From assembly GCA_905235545.1 (NCBI GenBank), contig CAJOMI010000001.1, positions 1-63,745 on the forward strand: 63,745 nt of DNA, given 5' to 3'. Under the pieces are notes generated by a model. It did no database searches and was not told where the DNA came from. It worked only from the letters and a program-made list of their open reading frames with translations. Position numbers and translations under genes: made by a program. Shown here one piece after another: positions 1-8,706 of the stretch. Source of the DNA: an uncultured Lachnospiraceae bacterium (GTDB lineage: Bacteria > Bacillota > Clostridia > Lachnospirales > Lachnospiraceae). Each line of letters begins with the position of its first letter. Positions within the stretch are counted from its first letter, which is position 1.

Positions 1-2
1 GT

Positions 3-221
3 AATACCAAGAGTCAGGCGTATTCTCTGGCGAAGAAGTATATGAAAAAATATTACAGTGCATGGAATAAGAAATATCCGGCTAAGTGTAAGGGTATCTC
101 TTATCTCACGGATTATGGACAGATGCGATGGAAGACCACCGGAGAGTCCGTGGTTTTGTCGGATCCGGACGGATATCAGGATATGAGTGCAGAGGAGATT
201 TTGCAGGATTTATTCCGATAA
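3..221 (+). CDS. hypothetical protein, C-terminal fragment (gene continues past the left edge)
   Basis: Frame 3 is open from the window edge to TAA at 219-221 (…SAEEILQDLFR*). No family recognised. Confidence 0.3.
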   Translation, partial: NTKSQAYSLAKKYMKKYYSAWNKKYPAKCKGISYLTDYGQMRWKTTGESVVLSDPDGYQDMSAEEILQDLFR

Positions 222-360
222 TACGGAAGGGATGGTATTTTTCAATTTAGCCAATGGTATGTTGACCGCTATTTTTTTTAGTGATAAGATTAAATGGTAA
301 ATATTCCTTGAAATGACGATTTTTTTTAAAGGGAAATTCTTTCCTGATATTAATAATGGA

Positions 361-394
361 TTGACAGGATACGGAGCGGATTGTATACACAATC
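361..394 (+). promoter_or_regulatory. candidate housekeeping-type promoter for the two-component operon, with overlapping palindrome
   Basis: TTGACA (361-366), 17-nt spacer, TATACA (384-389). An inverted repeat GATTGT-N4-ACAATC (379-394) overlaps the -10. It lies in an AT-rich non-coding gap about 80 nt upstream of the kinase start. Confidence 0.3.
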
Positions 395-467
395 GGAAGG
401 CAGGTTCATATGGCTATATATATATATTCGATTATCGTAACGGTACTGTTTCTTTTTGTAATTATTA

Positions 468-1127
468 ATGTTTCATTATAGGATTACATATAAAGAAAAA
501 AGTATAATTGAGCAAAAACATTTGGAAATTATAGCAAGCCAGATTAAACCGCATTTTATCTATAATGTTCTTAATACGATTTGGTATTTGTGCGAAAAAG
601 ATCCGGCGCGGGCCCAGCAGGCGATTGACGAATTTTCGGAATATTTGAGAGGCAATCTCGATGCTCTGAATTTGGATGATACGGTTCCGTTTACATGGGA
701 ATTGAATAATATAAAGAATTATCTGAAACTTGAAAAACTGCGTTTCGGAGATGAACTTGAAGTGATTTATGATATAGAGACAACTGAATTTCGGGTTCCG
801 GCGCTTTCTGTACAGCCTATCGTGGAAAATGCGGTAAAGCACGGTGTTTGTGCAAGCGAAGAAGGAGGAAAACTTGTAATATCCACCAGGGAAAACGCGA
901 AGGATTATGAAATCAGGGTGTTTAATACGGGGGCAATGTATGATCCGCATTCCAGGGGAGGCAATAAGGAAATAAGAAGCCATGTGGGAATACGTAATTC
1001 CAGAGAGAGAGTTCGATTGATGTGTGGGGGGACACTTCATATCGCCTCAACGGATGACAAGGGTACCACGGTTACAATAAAGATACCAAGGAAGAATAGG
1101 AATAAGAAACATAGGGAGAAGGGGTAA
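468..1127 (+). CDS. sensor-less histidine kinase (LytS/YesM-type His_kinase + HATPase_c), 219 aa
   Basis: The phosphoacceptor region QIKPHFIYNVLNTI is typical of the PF06580-type His_kinase domain. N-box PIVENAVKHG and a G-box-like GIRNSRERV are present. No TM or sensor domain is present, and upstream sequence is non-coding. Confidence 0.75.
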   Translation: MFHYRITYKEKSIIEQKHLEIIASQIKPHFIYNVLNTIWYLCEKDPARAQQAIDEFSEYLRGNLDALNLDDTVPFTWELNNIKNYLKLEKLRFGDELEVIYDIETTEFRVPALSVQPIVENAVKHGVCASEEGGKLVISTRENAKDYEIRVFNTGAMYDPHSRGGNKEIRSHVGIRNSRERVRLMCGGTLHIASTDDKGTTVTIKIPRKNRNKKHREKG

Positions 1128-1131
1128 TTAC

Positions 1132-1935
1132 ATGGAAATTATGGTGGTGGACGATGAGCAGCTGGCATTGGATAACGTCATGCTGGCCTTGGAAAAGCTG
1201 AATTTGGATGCAAATATAGCGGGGTTTCGAAAAGCATCAGAGGCGTTGGAATATGCGTTTTTGCACAAACTGGATATTGCGTTTCTGGATATTGAGATGC
1301 GCAACGTAAGTGGTGTGGATTTGGCTAAGAATCTGAAAAGACTGAATCCTCTGATCAATCTTATATTTACAACCGGTTATAAGGATTACACATCAGAGGC
1401 GATGGATCTGCATGCTTCGGGCTATATTTTAAAACCGATCACATCGGAAAAGATAAAGCAGGAACTGGCAGATCTTCGTTATAATATAGACGATATAACC
1501 GCTAAGAGCAAATTGCGAATTGTGACCTTTGGCAATTTTGGGGTGTATAACGGAGATATACCGGTTAAATTTAAATATCGAAAAACATTGGAGGTTTTGG
1601 CCTATCTTGTAGACAGAAAAGGTGCATTTGCCTCAAACGGCGAATTGATTGCGGCATTGTGGGAAGATGAGGGAGATTATGAAGGGAGAATATCCTACCT
1701 CAATAATATCAGAGCAGATTTGAAAAAAACGCTGTCGGATTTGGGATATGGTGATGCTATTATCCAGCAAAGAGGACATATGGCGATTGATGCAAAAAAG
1801 ATTTCTTGTGATTATTATGAGTATCTGAACGGAAAACTGGATAACGTAAACGGATATCACGGAGAATATATGAGCCAGTATTCATGGGCAGAGATTACAA
1901 ACGGAAGTTTGATGATTGATTTGAAAAAGGCATAA
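1132..1935 (+). CDS. response regulator: REC domain + OmpR/SARP-like winged-helix DNA-binding domain
   Basis: The N-terminus MVVDDE…AFLDIEM…GYILKPI is a receiver domain. The C-terminal half (LRIVTFGNF…KFKYRKTLEVLAYLVDRKG…ELIAALWED…YLNNIRADLKKTL…IIQQRGHMAID) matches the Trans_reg_C/SARP winged-helix pattern. It starts 4 nt after the kinase stop. Confidence 0.8.
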   Translation: MEIMVVDDEQLALDNVMLALEKLNLDANIAGFRKASEALEYAFLHKLDIAFLDIEMRNVSGVDLAKNLKRLNPLINLIFTTGYKDYTSEAMDLHASGYILKPITSEKIKQELADLRYNIDDITAKSKLRIVTFGNFGVYNGDIPVKFKYRKTLEVLAYLVDRKGAFASNGELIAALWEDEGDYEGRISYLNNIRADLKKTLSDLGYGDAIIQQRGHMAIDAKKISCDYYEYLNGKLDNVNGYHGEYMSQYSWAEITNGSLMIDLKKA

Positions 1936-1951
1936 GCGATTGCAATTTTAT

Positions 1952-1986
1952 GTGTGACTATTGTGTGACTTCCATTTGCATATAAT
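1952..1986 (+). promoter_or_regulatory. regulon promoter P1: direct repeats GTGTGACT (1952-1959, 1963-1970), N10, TATAAT (1981-1986)
   Basis: Same architecture as the four other sites. Intergenic, about 80 nt upstream of ATG 2068. Confidence 0.6.
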
Positions 1987-2067
1987 TGTAAAAGATGATT
2001 ATATGGGACGGAAAAGAATAATGAGCGGATAAAATCAAATGACAAATCGAATGAAAGGAAAAAGAAT

Positions 2068-3855
2068 ATGAATAACAACAAGCTCTACCCATTTGAAAGA
2101 AACCGTTACTATGCGGGAAAGATGCTCACCAGTGCTGATTTTCTGGCAGAGCAGACCTATTTTAACAACAAACGCCGTTTCTTGAATTCTGTAATGTACG
2201 GATCGGGAATTGTATGTGGACTGGGCGTATTCAGCTTAGATGATTTGTCGATTCTCGTAGAAAGCGGTGTGGCGATTGATGGCATGGGAAGGGAAATTGT
2301 CATCGATTCCTCTGTGGTAAAGAAACTATCTGCTGTAGACGGATTTGACAACCTGCGTTCGAACGATGTTTCCCTGTGCTTATCCTATGAAGAAAAAGAA
2401 GTGCATACGGTATATTCCGTCAATCAGACTAATCCGGATAAGGATTATGAGTATAACAGGATCGCGGAGGGATACAGACTTTTCCTTATGGACAAGGAGG
2501 ATATACCGCTTTCTTTTGAAATGGAATCGGAATTCCTTGCGAAAGGTGTACTCTTTGAGGATGAAAATTTTAGAATTGACTTTTGGATGCCGGCGAGAGT
2601 ATGTCGTGGCAGACAGGTTAAGGCTGTACTGCATGTGACAAAGTTATCCACTTCGGATGTAAAACTCAGGTACAATGGAATCCTTCAGATACCCGCATTC
2701 ACGGCACCGGATGGAGGACATGAGATTGAAGTGGATATAGATAATCTTTTGTTAAATCCGGGCAGAAGCGCAGATTTTGATTTTTGGATGATGACGCAGG
2801 ATGTTCCGACAGAGGAGACCAATATCATCTTAAAGAGCGGCAGTGTAGAGGTGACGGAGAACGGAGATACCGTTTCTGCTTCTGATAATTTTAACGTTCG
2901 CATCCTTCTCTCGGATACAGCACCAAGAGATTTGGTCAATACAGAGATCGGGAAAGTCAATCTTGAGATGAAGAGTGTAGGAAGTCAGGGCGATTATATT
3001 CGTCTTGCGGATATTCAGCTTGTGCGTACAGATCAGGCGTATATCATCGAAGAAGTTACGGAACGCAGTGTGAAATCCTATATAACGGCTCCTGCACAGA
3101 ATATGCTCAGGGAAAGCTATATGGATTTCTTTACGAAAAATGCAGATATTACGCCGGCAACAGTGGAGGTGCGCGATTTAAATCAACAACCAAAGGAGAA
3201 GGTAGAGCCATCGATTCCACAGATTGCCACGGGCGTATTGGAAATACCACTTGGTGAAATGCCAAGAAAGGGTGACATATATTATTCAGGCGAGATTATG
3301 CATGGACTTGGTAAGGGGAATGTATATGTCGATGTAGGATATGAGTTTATCAATGAGGATAAGAGCATATCGTCGAGTTCTAAGAGTACCATATTTGGCA
3401 ACCCGGAACTGTTTGAGGGAGCACAGGTTAATGAGGTAAATGCAGAGACTGCAATTCGTGTGTTGAATGATAAGGGAAGTTTCATTGTTGCAGCGAAACT
3501 CTTGGAAAATGTAGAATATCTGATGCTCACGTATCGCTGGATTGCAATAAAATTCCCTACCGGAAATGATTTGGAACTCATGGATGAGATGGGAGGAAAG
3601 AGTATTTCTGCAGCAACCCCGACTGTGGTTCTGGGCACAAAGGAGAGTCACTTCTTTGGTGTAGAATACCATAATATGGACCCTGTTTCCATTACTTATG
3701 AATTGACGGAGCCAAATTCCGGAGAGATTACACCGGATGGAATCTATACGGCACCAAATAAGGATGGAGTATATGAAATCTGTATTTATTGTACAGATAT
3801 GCCACTCATTTGCACTTATGCATATGCGATTGTAAAGAAAAAGGGGTTAGATTAA
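2068..3855 (+). CDS. conserved hypothetical protein, 595 aa, no signal peptide, beta-rich Ig-like C-terminus
   Basis: Long ORF with RBS GAAAGGAAAAAG. N-terminal motif ERNRYYAGKMLTSADFLAEQTYFNNKRRFLN…GSGIVCGLGV. C-terminal ITPDGIYTAPNKDGVYEICIYCTD resembles an Ig-like fold. Function not assignable. Confidence 0.55.
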   Translation: MNNNKLYPFERNRYYAGKMLTSADFLAEQTYFNNKRRFLNSVMYGSGIVCGLGVFSLDDLSILVESGVAIDGMGREIVIDSSVVKKLSAVDGFDNLRSNDVSLCLSYEEKEVHTVYSVNQTNPDKDYEYNRIAEGYRLFLMDKEDIPLSFEMESEFLAKGVLFEDENFRIDFWMPARVCRGRQVKAVLHVTKLSTSDVKLRYNGILQIPAFTAPDGGHEIEVDIDNLLLNPGRSADFDFWMMTQDVPTEETNIILKSGSVEVTENGDTVSASDNFNVRILLSDTAPRDLVNTEIGKVNLEMKSVGSQGDYIRLADIQLVRTDQAYIIEEVTERSVKSYITAPAQNMLRESYMDFFTKNADITPATVEVRDLNQQPKEKVEPSIPQIATGVLEIPLGEMPRKGDIYYSGEIMHGLGKGNVYVDVGYEFINEDKSISSSSKSTIFGNPELFEGAQVNEVNAETAIRVLNDKGSFIVAAKLLENVEYLMLTYRWIAIKFPTGNDLELMDEMGGKSISAATPTVVLGTKESHFFGVEYHNMDPVSITYELTEPNSGEITPDGIYTAPNKDGVYEICIYCTDMPLICTYAYAIVKKKGLD

Positions 3856-3859
3856 GAGG

Positions 3860-4702
3860 ATGAAATTTCAGTCTCAAAAGATGAACCTTGTAAGCGTGCG
3901 CCTAGTGCTTCGCAATGAAGTGAATGAGGTACATGTTTGCCGGAATTTAAATGATAAAAGTGGAGGATTGTATACTGTCATCTGTGTGAAGGATCACAGT
4001 TATGTAAAGAATTTCCTGGCGGTTTGTGAGCAGACGAAAGGAAATGAAGATTTCTTCGTGGACTGCTTTTCTGACGGCGAGAATCAGATCATTGTCTTCC
4101 CATACGTCAAAGAACGACCGTTGGAGGCATTTTATCGTCCGGATATTCTTTCGCTGCCGGAGTGCGAGGATATCTGTATCAATACGATCATAGCTTGTAT
4201 GAGTACACCACTTCCGTGGCCGCTTCTCTATCTTGCCCTGGCACAGAGACAATTGCATTTGTCCAGAGATGGATCTGTGTATCTGGGATATCTGATTGAT
4301 CTGCAGGAGTTAGATGTGACACGCACAGAGAAAGATTGTACCGTGCAGTGCGCAACACTGTTACTGGAGATGTTGCGACCGAAAGAGAGCAGACACGCAA
4401 ATAGTTTGAAGCTTTTGGAAAAAAAGGTGGCTAAGGAAAGTTACATAAGATTTGTCGAATTATATAAGGATATTCGCATATCGGCTGCACCGAAAAAAAA
4501 GGCGGGACTGTTGAGACGAATACGTCTTTGGTTTGTAAGAAACAAAGATATTCTGTTTCGATTGCTTTTGTGGTTGAGTGTAATACTTGTCATTTTTGTT
4601 GTGCTTTCATTTCTGACACAGATGGTATTTGGTGAGGTGCCGTGGCTCAGATTGTTTATTAACAGTTTTGACCAGATAGGAACCGAAAGTCTCCAACAAT
4701 AA
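3860..4702 (+). CDS. tail-anchored membrane protein, 280 aa, possible degenerate kinase-like fold
   Basis: C-terminal TM LLLWLSVILVIFVVLSFL. The N-terminal part has kinase-lobe-like strings (LYTVICVKD, IIVFPYVKERPLEAF) but no HRD/DFG motifs. Starts 4 nt after the previous stop. Confidence 0.4.
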   Translation: MKFQSQKMNLVSVRLVLRNEVNEVHVCRNLNDKSGGLYTVICVKDHSYVKNFLAVCEQTKGNEDFFVDCFSDGENQIIVFPYVKERPLEAFYRPDILSLPECEDICINTIIACMSTPLPWPLLYLALAQRQLHLSRDGSVYLGYLIDLQELDVTRTEKDCTVQCATLLLEMLRPKESRHANSLKLLEKKVAKESYIRFVELYKDIRISAAPKKKAGLLRRIRLWFVRNKDILFRLLLWLSVILVIFVVLSFLTQMVFGEVPWLRLFINSFDQIGTESLQQ

Positions 4703-4726
4703 AAATAATAGGCGGGGGGATGTAAT

Positions 4727-7258
4727 TTGACAAAGAGAATTATTATTGGACTGAATATAATATGGACCGTTGCCGTTGCCGTTTTTATGTTGATCTGCTT
4801 CTTCCCATGGATACATTCTACGGACGGAATTACGAAGGAGATGTCATATACTGCATCTGAAACGGAAGTATACGTCGCAGACAATATATTTGATCATGCA
4901 GTGATTTACAAATTGGGCAATGACGGATCAAAGAAAGAGATTTTGATAGGGCGGAACAACGATATGATCAGAGATTACAGGGTAAGTACTGTTTCTTATG
5001 AGCAGTCGCTTTTTGCGCTATTTTTTTATGATACGGTTTATGAGGGAAGAACAACTACCGCATACAGGATTGCCAGACTGGATGACGATATGAGAATTGC
5101 GCAGATTTCAGATTCTCTTGTACTTGGAAGCGAGATACGTGTGACATTTTTAAGCGTGGATGACAGTGATATATATATTTCGGCTGTGAACACATCCGGA
5201 AGTGAGGCGTATGTGTACAGGGTTTCACAAGAGGCCATGAGCGATGTGACAACCAAAAGCGGCTTGCATTTTTCTGATGTAAAGGGAAAAGTATCAGGGG
5301 ATAATTCTTCCGAAAAGACAATGGAGGAGGAAGAAAAGATTTCTGAAATCAAGCCTTTTATCTTTGAGGTTGCAGATACAGGCAGAGTCTATTCAGATTG
5401 TGCATATGAGCCGGGCGATCTCCATTTGCAGTATGACAGCGATAAGATGGACGATTTCTTTTCTGTACCGAGCAGGGTAGAAACGGCTTATGGACAGTTA
5501 CATATTACCGGAATTGAATTTAATCGTATGAGAGGGATTGAAATTGCCGCGATCATAATTATATGGGCATTGGGAATTCCTGTAATCATCATCATTACAG
5601 TCATTTTAAAGGGAAGAAACAGGGTGGTCTATTCCGGAGTCGTGATGGAGTTTGCACTGATCTTCCTTTTTGGAATGGCTATTTTCGGTATGGTGCAGTC
5701 TGCTACCGAACTTAGCGAGCGTGAACATGCGAACTTTATGGAATATATCATGAATGATGCATTCTCTAATCTGAATATCGATACGAATGCGTTCAATCTT
5801 TCTGAGAAGGGATCGGCGAGGGAGAATATATTACAATCATTCTATACAAGTGATCTGTATGAGAATATGTATACGGAATTGGCTGATATGAGCACTCTGC
5901 CGAAGGAAAACTGGAAGATTACCGGCATGGCGGTGATTGACCGGGAAAGCGGCGAGGTGTTGGTATCGAACGATCGCCGGAACAGGATACAGATGAGCAG
6001 ACTATACGGCAAAGAGGCATCCTCTTTTGCCCGGATTTCAAACGCAGGGAGCAGCATTCGAACCCGAAAATTCCAATCCGATGACAAGGAATGTGAGATA
6101 TTTGTCAGAAGTTTAGACAATATAGGAATGTCCGATTGTTCACTTGTGGGTGTTGTGTGGTATCAGGATTCCGTAAAAAATGCTGTCACATTATATAATA
6201 AGTATATCAAGAGAGCGATGATCGGATTTGTGATTGCTACGATCGCTATCATTCTTTTGCTGATTTTGGAAAATCGTGATATGCATGCCGTGGCAAAGAT
6301 GTTAAAACTGTTGGCGGAAGGCAGAGGCGTGATTACGAGCCCGGTCGTGCGGGGTAAAGATCTGGTCGCCATGAAAAACAGCACATTTGAGATAGAAAAA
6401 AATATTACAAGTATCAACCGGTCTAAATATCAGATATTTGAGGCGTATTACAGATTTGCGCCGAAATCCATCGAGAGTATGCTGGACAAGGATTCTATCA
6501 CGGAAGTTGAGATTGGTGATATTGCGGATGTTACCGGAACAGTGGCTATTTTTTCCATGAAAGAACGATATCGAACAGATGAAGAAACGCTGGCAAACAT
6601 GAATCACACCTTTGAAATCATGGAACAGTTCAGAGAAGAGCATGACGGTATCTATATCACCAATAATGAAACGCTTTCGCGGGCAAGATATTTGTTCTTA
6701 AAGGATAATAAAGAATCAATGGCGTTTGGTGAGGACGTGTTGGAAAGCATGCGTGAGTGGAAAAAACACGAATTTGTGGACACTCTTATTTTCCTGCATT
6801 ACACAACTTTTTCATACGGTATATGTGGAACGGAAACACAGAGTATGGCATTGCTTTCGTCAAGAGAGATTGAGCGGATTTCTTCGTTTGCCGAGTGGCT
6901 TCGAAAACTTAAAGTTTCGATGGTTGTTACAAAAGCAGTGTTGGAGAGAGAATCCCAATACGATGATGTGCGCTATCTGGGCTTTATTAAGACAGAGTTA
7001 GATGATCATTTGGAACTATATGAAGTTTTGAATGCGCAGGGAAAGCGCATGGCCGATGTTAAGAAAAATACCAAAACCGCTTTTGAGGAGGCAATTCGGC
7101 TCTTTTATGATAAGGACTTCTACCTTGCAAGAAATGCATTTACGGAGATACTCCGTGAAGCACCGGAAGACGGAATCACAAAGTGGTATTTGTTTGAATG
7201 TGAGACGCGGTTGAATGGAAACGCAGAAGATATCTTTACAGGGGCTTTGCACCTATAA
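4727..7258 (+). CDS. polytopic membrane protein, 843 aa, with degenerate class III nucleotidyl-cyclase-like domain and TPR-like C-terminus
   Basis: TTG start after a GGGGGGA RBS. Several TM segments are present (IIIGLNIIWTVAVAVFMLICFF, IAAIIIIWALGIPVIIIITVIL, MIGFVIATIAIILLLILE). The cytosolic RFAPKSIESML…EIGDIADVTGTVAIFSMKE resembles the cyclase homology domain start, but the metal-binding Asp (F-x-D) is absent. The C-terminus FYLARNAFTEILREAPEDGITKWYLFECE is TPR-like. Confidence 0.4.
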   Translation: MTKRIIIGLNIIWTVAVAVFMLICFFPWIHSTDGITKEMSYTASETEVYVADNIFDHAVIYKLGNDGSKKEILIGRNNDMIRDYRVSTVSYEQSLFALFFYDTVYEGRTTTAYRIARLDDDMRIAQISDSLVLGSEIRVTFLSVDDSDIYISAVNTSGSEAYVYRVSQEAMSDVTTKSGLHFSDVKGKVSGDNSSEKTMEEEEKISEIKPFIFEVADTGRVYSDCAYEPGDLHLQYDSDKMDDFFSVPSRVETAYGQLHITGIEFNRMRGIEIAAIIIIWALGIPVIIIITVILKGRNRVVYSGVVMEFALIFLFGMAIFGMVQSATELSEREHANFMEYIMNDAFSNLNIDTNAFNLSEKGSARENILQSFYTSDLYENMYTELADMSTLPKENWKITGMAVIDRESGEVLVSNDRRNRIQMSRLYGKEASSFARISNAGSSIRTRKFQSDDKECEIFVRSLDNIGMSDCSLVGVVWYQDSVKNAVTLYNKYIKRAMIGFVIATIAIILLLILENRDMHAVAKMLKLLAEGRGVITSPVVRGKDLVAMKNSTFEIEKNITSINRSKYQIFEAYYRFAPKSIESMLDKDSITEVEIGDIADVTGTVAIFSMKERYRTDEETLANMNHTFEIMEQFREEHDGIYITNNETLSRARYLFLKDNKESMAFGEDVLESMREWKKHEFVDTLIFLHYTTFSYGICGTETQSMALLSSREIERISSFAEWLRKLKVSMVVTKAVLERESQYDDVRYLGFIKTELDDHLELYEVLNAQGKRMADVKKNTKTAFEEAIRLFYDKDFYLARNAFTEILREAPEDGITKWYLFECETRLNGNAEDIFTGALHL

Positions 7259-7274
7259 AGTTTGATGGGAAGGG

Positions 7275-8519
7275 ATGTCTATGGGTAATTTATTTCAAGT
7301 TATGATCAATGCCATAAAGGCACGGTTTACGCGGATTGTTACGAAAATCAGAATGTTCACGCAGAAGGATTATCTGAAGACAAGAGTGATTGAGCGAATC
7401 CGACAGTTTTTCCAGCGCCTTTTTTCGGTCAAGCCAAAAGATAAGGACGATTACTATGGAGTATTTGGATGGCTGATATCCAAAAAGCTCGCATTTGCAA
7501 TTGTTATCATTGTGGGTGTGTTGTCATTGATCTATACATATTACACATATCCGTCTCTTTTTCCGGGAAAGAATACAGACTATATAAAGACATATCCTTA
7601 TAATTCGATCATGCTGAAGTTTGCGAAGGGAGATGTCAGAATTACAGGCAAATCCAAATACCTTGCATATGACGGCAGTGTATCTAAGGGGAAGTGCAAC
7701 GGATTTGGCACACTCTATAATCCGGCGGGGAATGTTGTATATCAGGGTAATTTTGAGAACAGTATGTATGAGGAACAGGGGAACTTTTATTATCCGGATG
7801 GCACCATGCATTATATGGGCGGCTTTCATGAAAATCTGTTTTCCGGTGACGGGGTTTTATATCGGGAGAACGGAAGTCTGGAATATGAAGGTGCATTTCT
7901 TCTCGGCATGAAAGAAGGAGAGGGAACCCTTTATGACACCGGACACAATAAAATATTTAACGGCAAATTTACACAGGATGAGGTGAAGTACAGTTCTCTT
8001 TTGGGTATGAATATACAGGAACTGGCAGGAGCTTATACCGGCAATGTTGTGCTTTATGATTCCGGTTTGGAAAGGGTTCGTTCCATGCAGGATATTGATG
8101 CATTGACTTCCGAGAGCAATGACAGTAATTCAGTAGAAGAAAACTACATAGTAAACAGTGTCTATGTATTGCACAATTATTTCCGAATCGGCGGGACTGA
8201 CCTCACCAGTATCACGGAGATAACAAAAGAGATGGGAACGCCTACCTATGAGGGTACCTCACGTGCTACTTTGCCGGAGGTCTTGGCTATAAATGAGAAA
8301 AATAACAATGAAGAAACGTTTGGCGGCACGGTAAATATCAATTTAAGACAAATCTATACAGAGTATATTGAAGTGGATGATTATGATACAGATTATGAAG
8401 TTTATCTTGTAAGCTACGCAAAGGATGGTCTTGTCTATAATTTTGTGACGGAACAGGGAAGAGACGACTTTGCTTTTTATTATATCATACAGGAAGATAA
8501 AAGCGATCTGAATCAGTAA
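7275..8519 (+). CDS. membrane-anchored MORN-repeat protein, 414 aa
   Basis: TM LAFAIVIIVGVLSLIYTY. Repeated Y-x-G-x-F-x-x-G-x-x-x-G-x-G units follow (YDGSVSKGKCNGFGTLY, YQGNFENSMYEEQGNFYY, YMGGFHENLFSGDGVLY, YEGAFLLGMKEGEGTLY). Confidence 0.6.
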   Translation: MSMGNLFQVMINAIKARFTRIVTKIRMFTQKDYLKTRVIERIRQFFQRLFSVKPKDKDDYYGVFGWLISKKLAFAIVIIVGVLSLIYTYYTYPSLFPGKNTDYIKTYPYNSIMLKFAKGDVRITGKSKYLAYDGSVSKGKCNGFGTLYNPAGNVVYQGNFENSMYEEQGNFYYPDGTMHYMGGFHENLFSGDGVLYRENGSLEYEGAFLLGMKEGEGTLYDTGHNKIFNGKFTQDEVKYSSLLGMNIQELAGAYTGNVVLYDSGLERVRSMQDIDALTSESNDSNSVEENYIVNSVYVLHNYFRIGGTDLTSITEITKEMGTPTYEGTSRATLPEVLAINEKNNNEETFGGTVNINLRQIYTEYIEVDDYDTDYEVYLVSYAKDGLVYNFVTEQGRDDFAFYYIIQEDKSDLNQ

Positions 8520-8582
8520 ATTTAAGAATGCTTCCGGCACTTTTGACTCGGAATGCATTTAAACTTTGCCAATTTATCATTT

Positions 8583-8616
8583 TGTGACGGCTTTGTGACT
8601 TTGAATGTTGCATAAT
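8583..8616 (+). promoter_or_regulatory. regulon promoter P2: TGTGAC (8583-8588), N5, TGTGACT (8594-8600), N10, CATAAT (8611-8616)
   Basis: Identical spacing to P1. Intergenic, about 90 nt upstream of ATG 8707. Confidence 0.6.
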
Positions 8617-8706
8617 ATAAACAGAATCGAACCGTAAACGGGTTCAGCGGGTAACAAGCGAGTCTTGACAATGTGAAAACCTTGCAGGGACGAGGAGAAG
8701 TGACAT

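Noticed and set aside
415-427. (TA)6 microsatellite in the leader of the two-component operon, a possible phase-variation tract.
   Set aside because: It is short, and it lies downstream of the putative -10 rather than between promoter elements or in a reading frame. No mechanism follows from the sequence alone.
465-1040. 191-aa minus-strand ORF opposite the histidine kinase.
   Set aside because: The + strand frame carries clear His_kinase and HATPase motifs. The minus-strand product is low-complexity with no recognisable features.
8658-8670. The 12-mer CGAGTCTTGACA occurs both here and at 48805-48816, each time upstream of a gene start.
   Set aside because: On the order of a hundred exact 12-mer coincidences are expected by chance within a 64-kb window (about N^2/2 divided by 4^12). 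No extended similarity surrounds the match. It may just be two TTGACA -35-like boxes.
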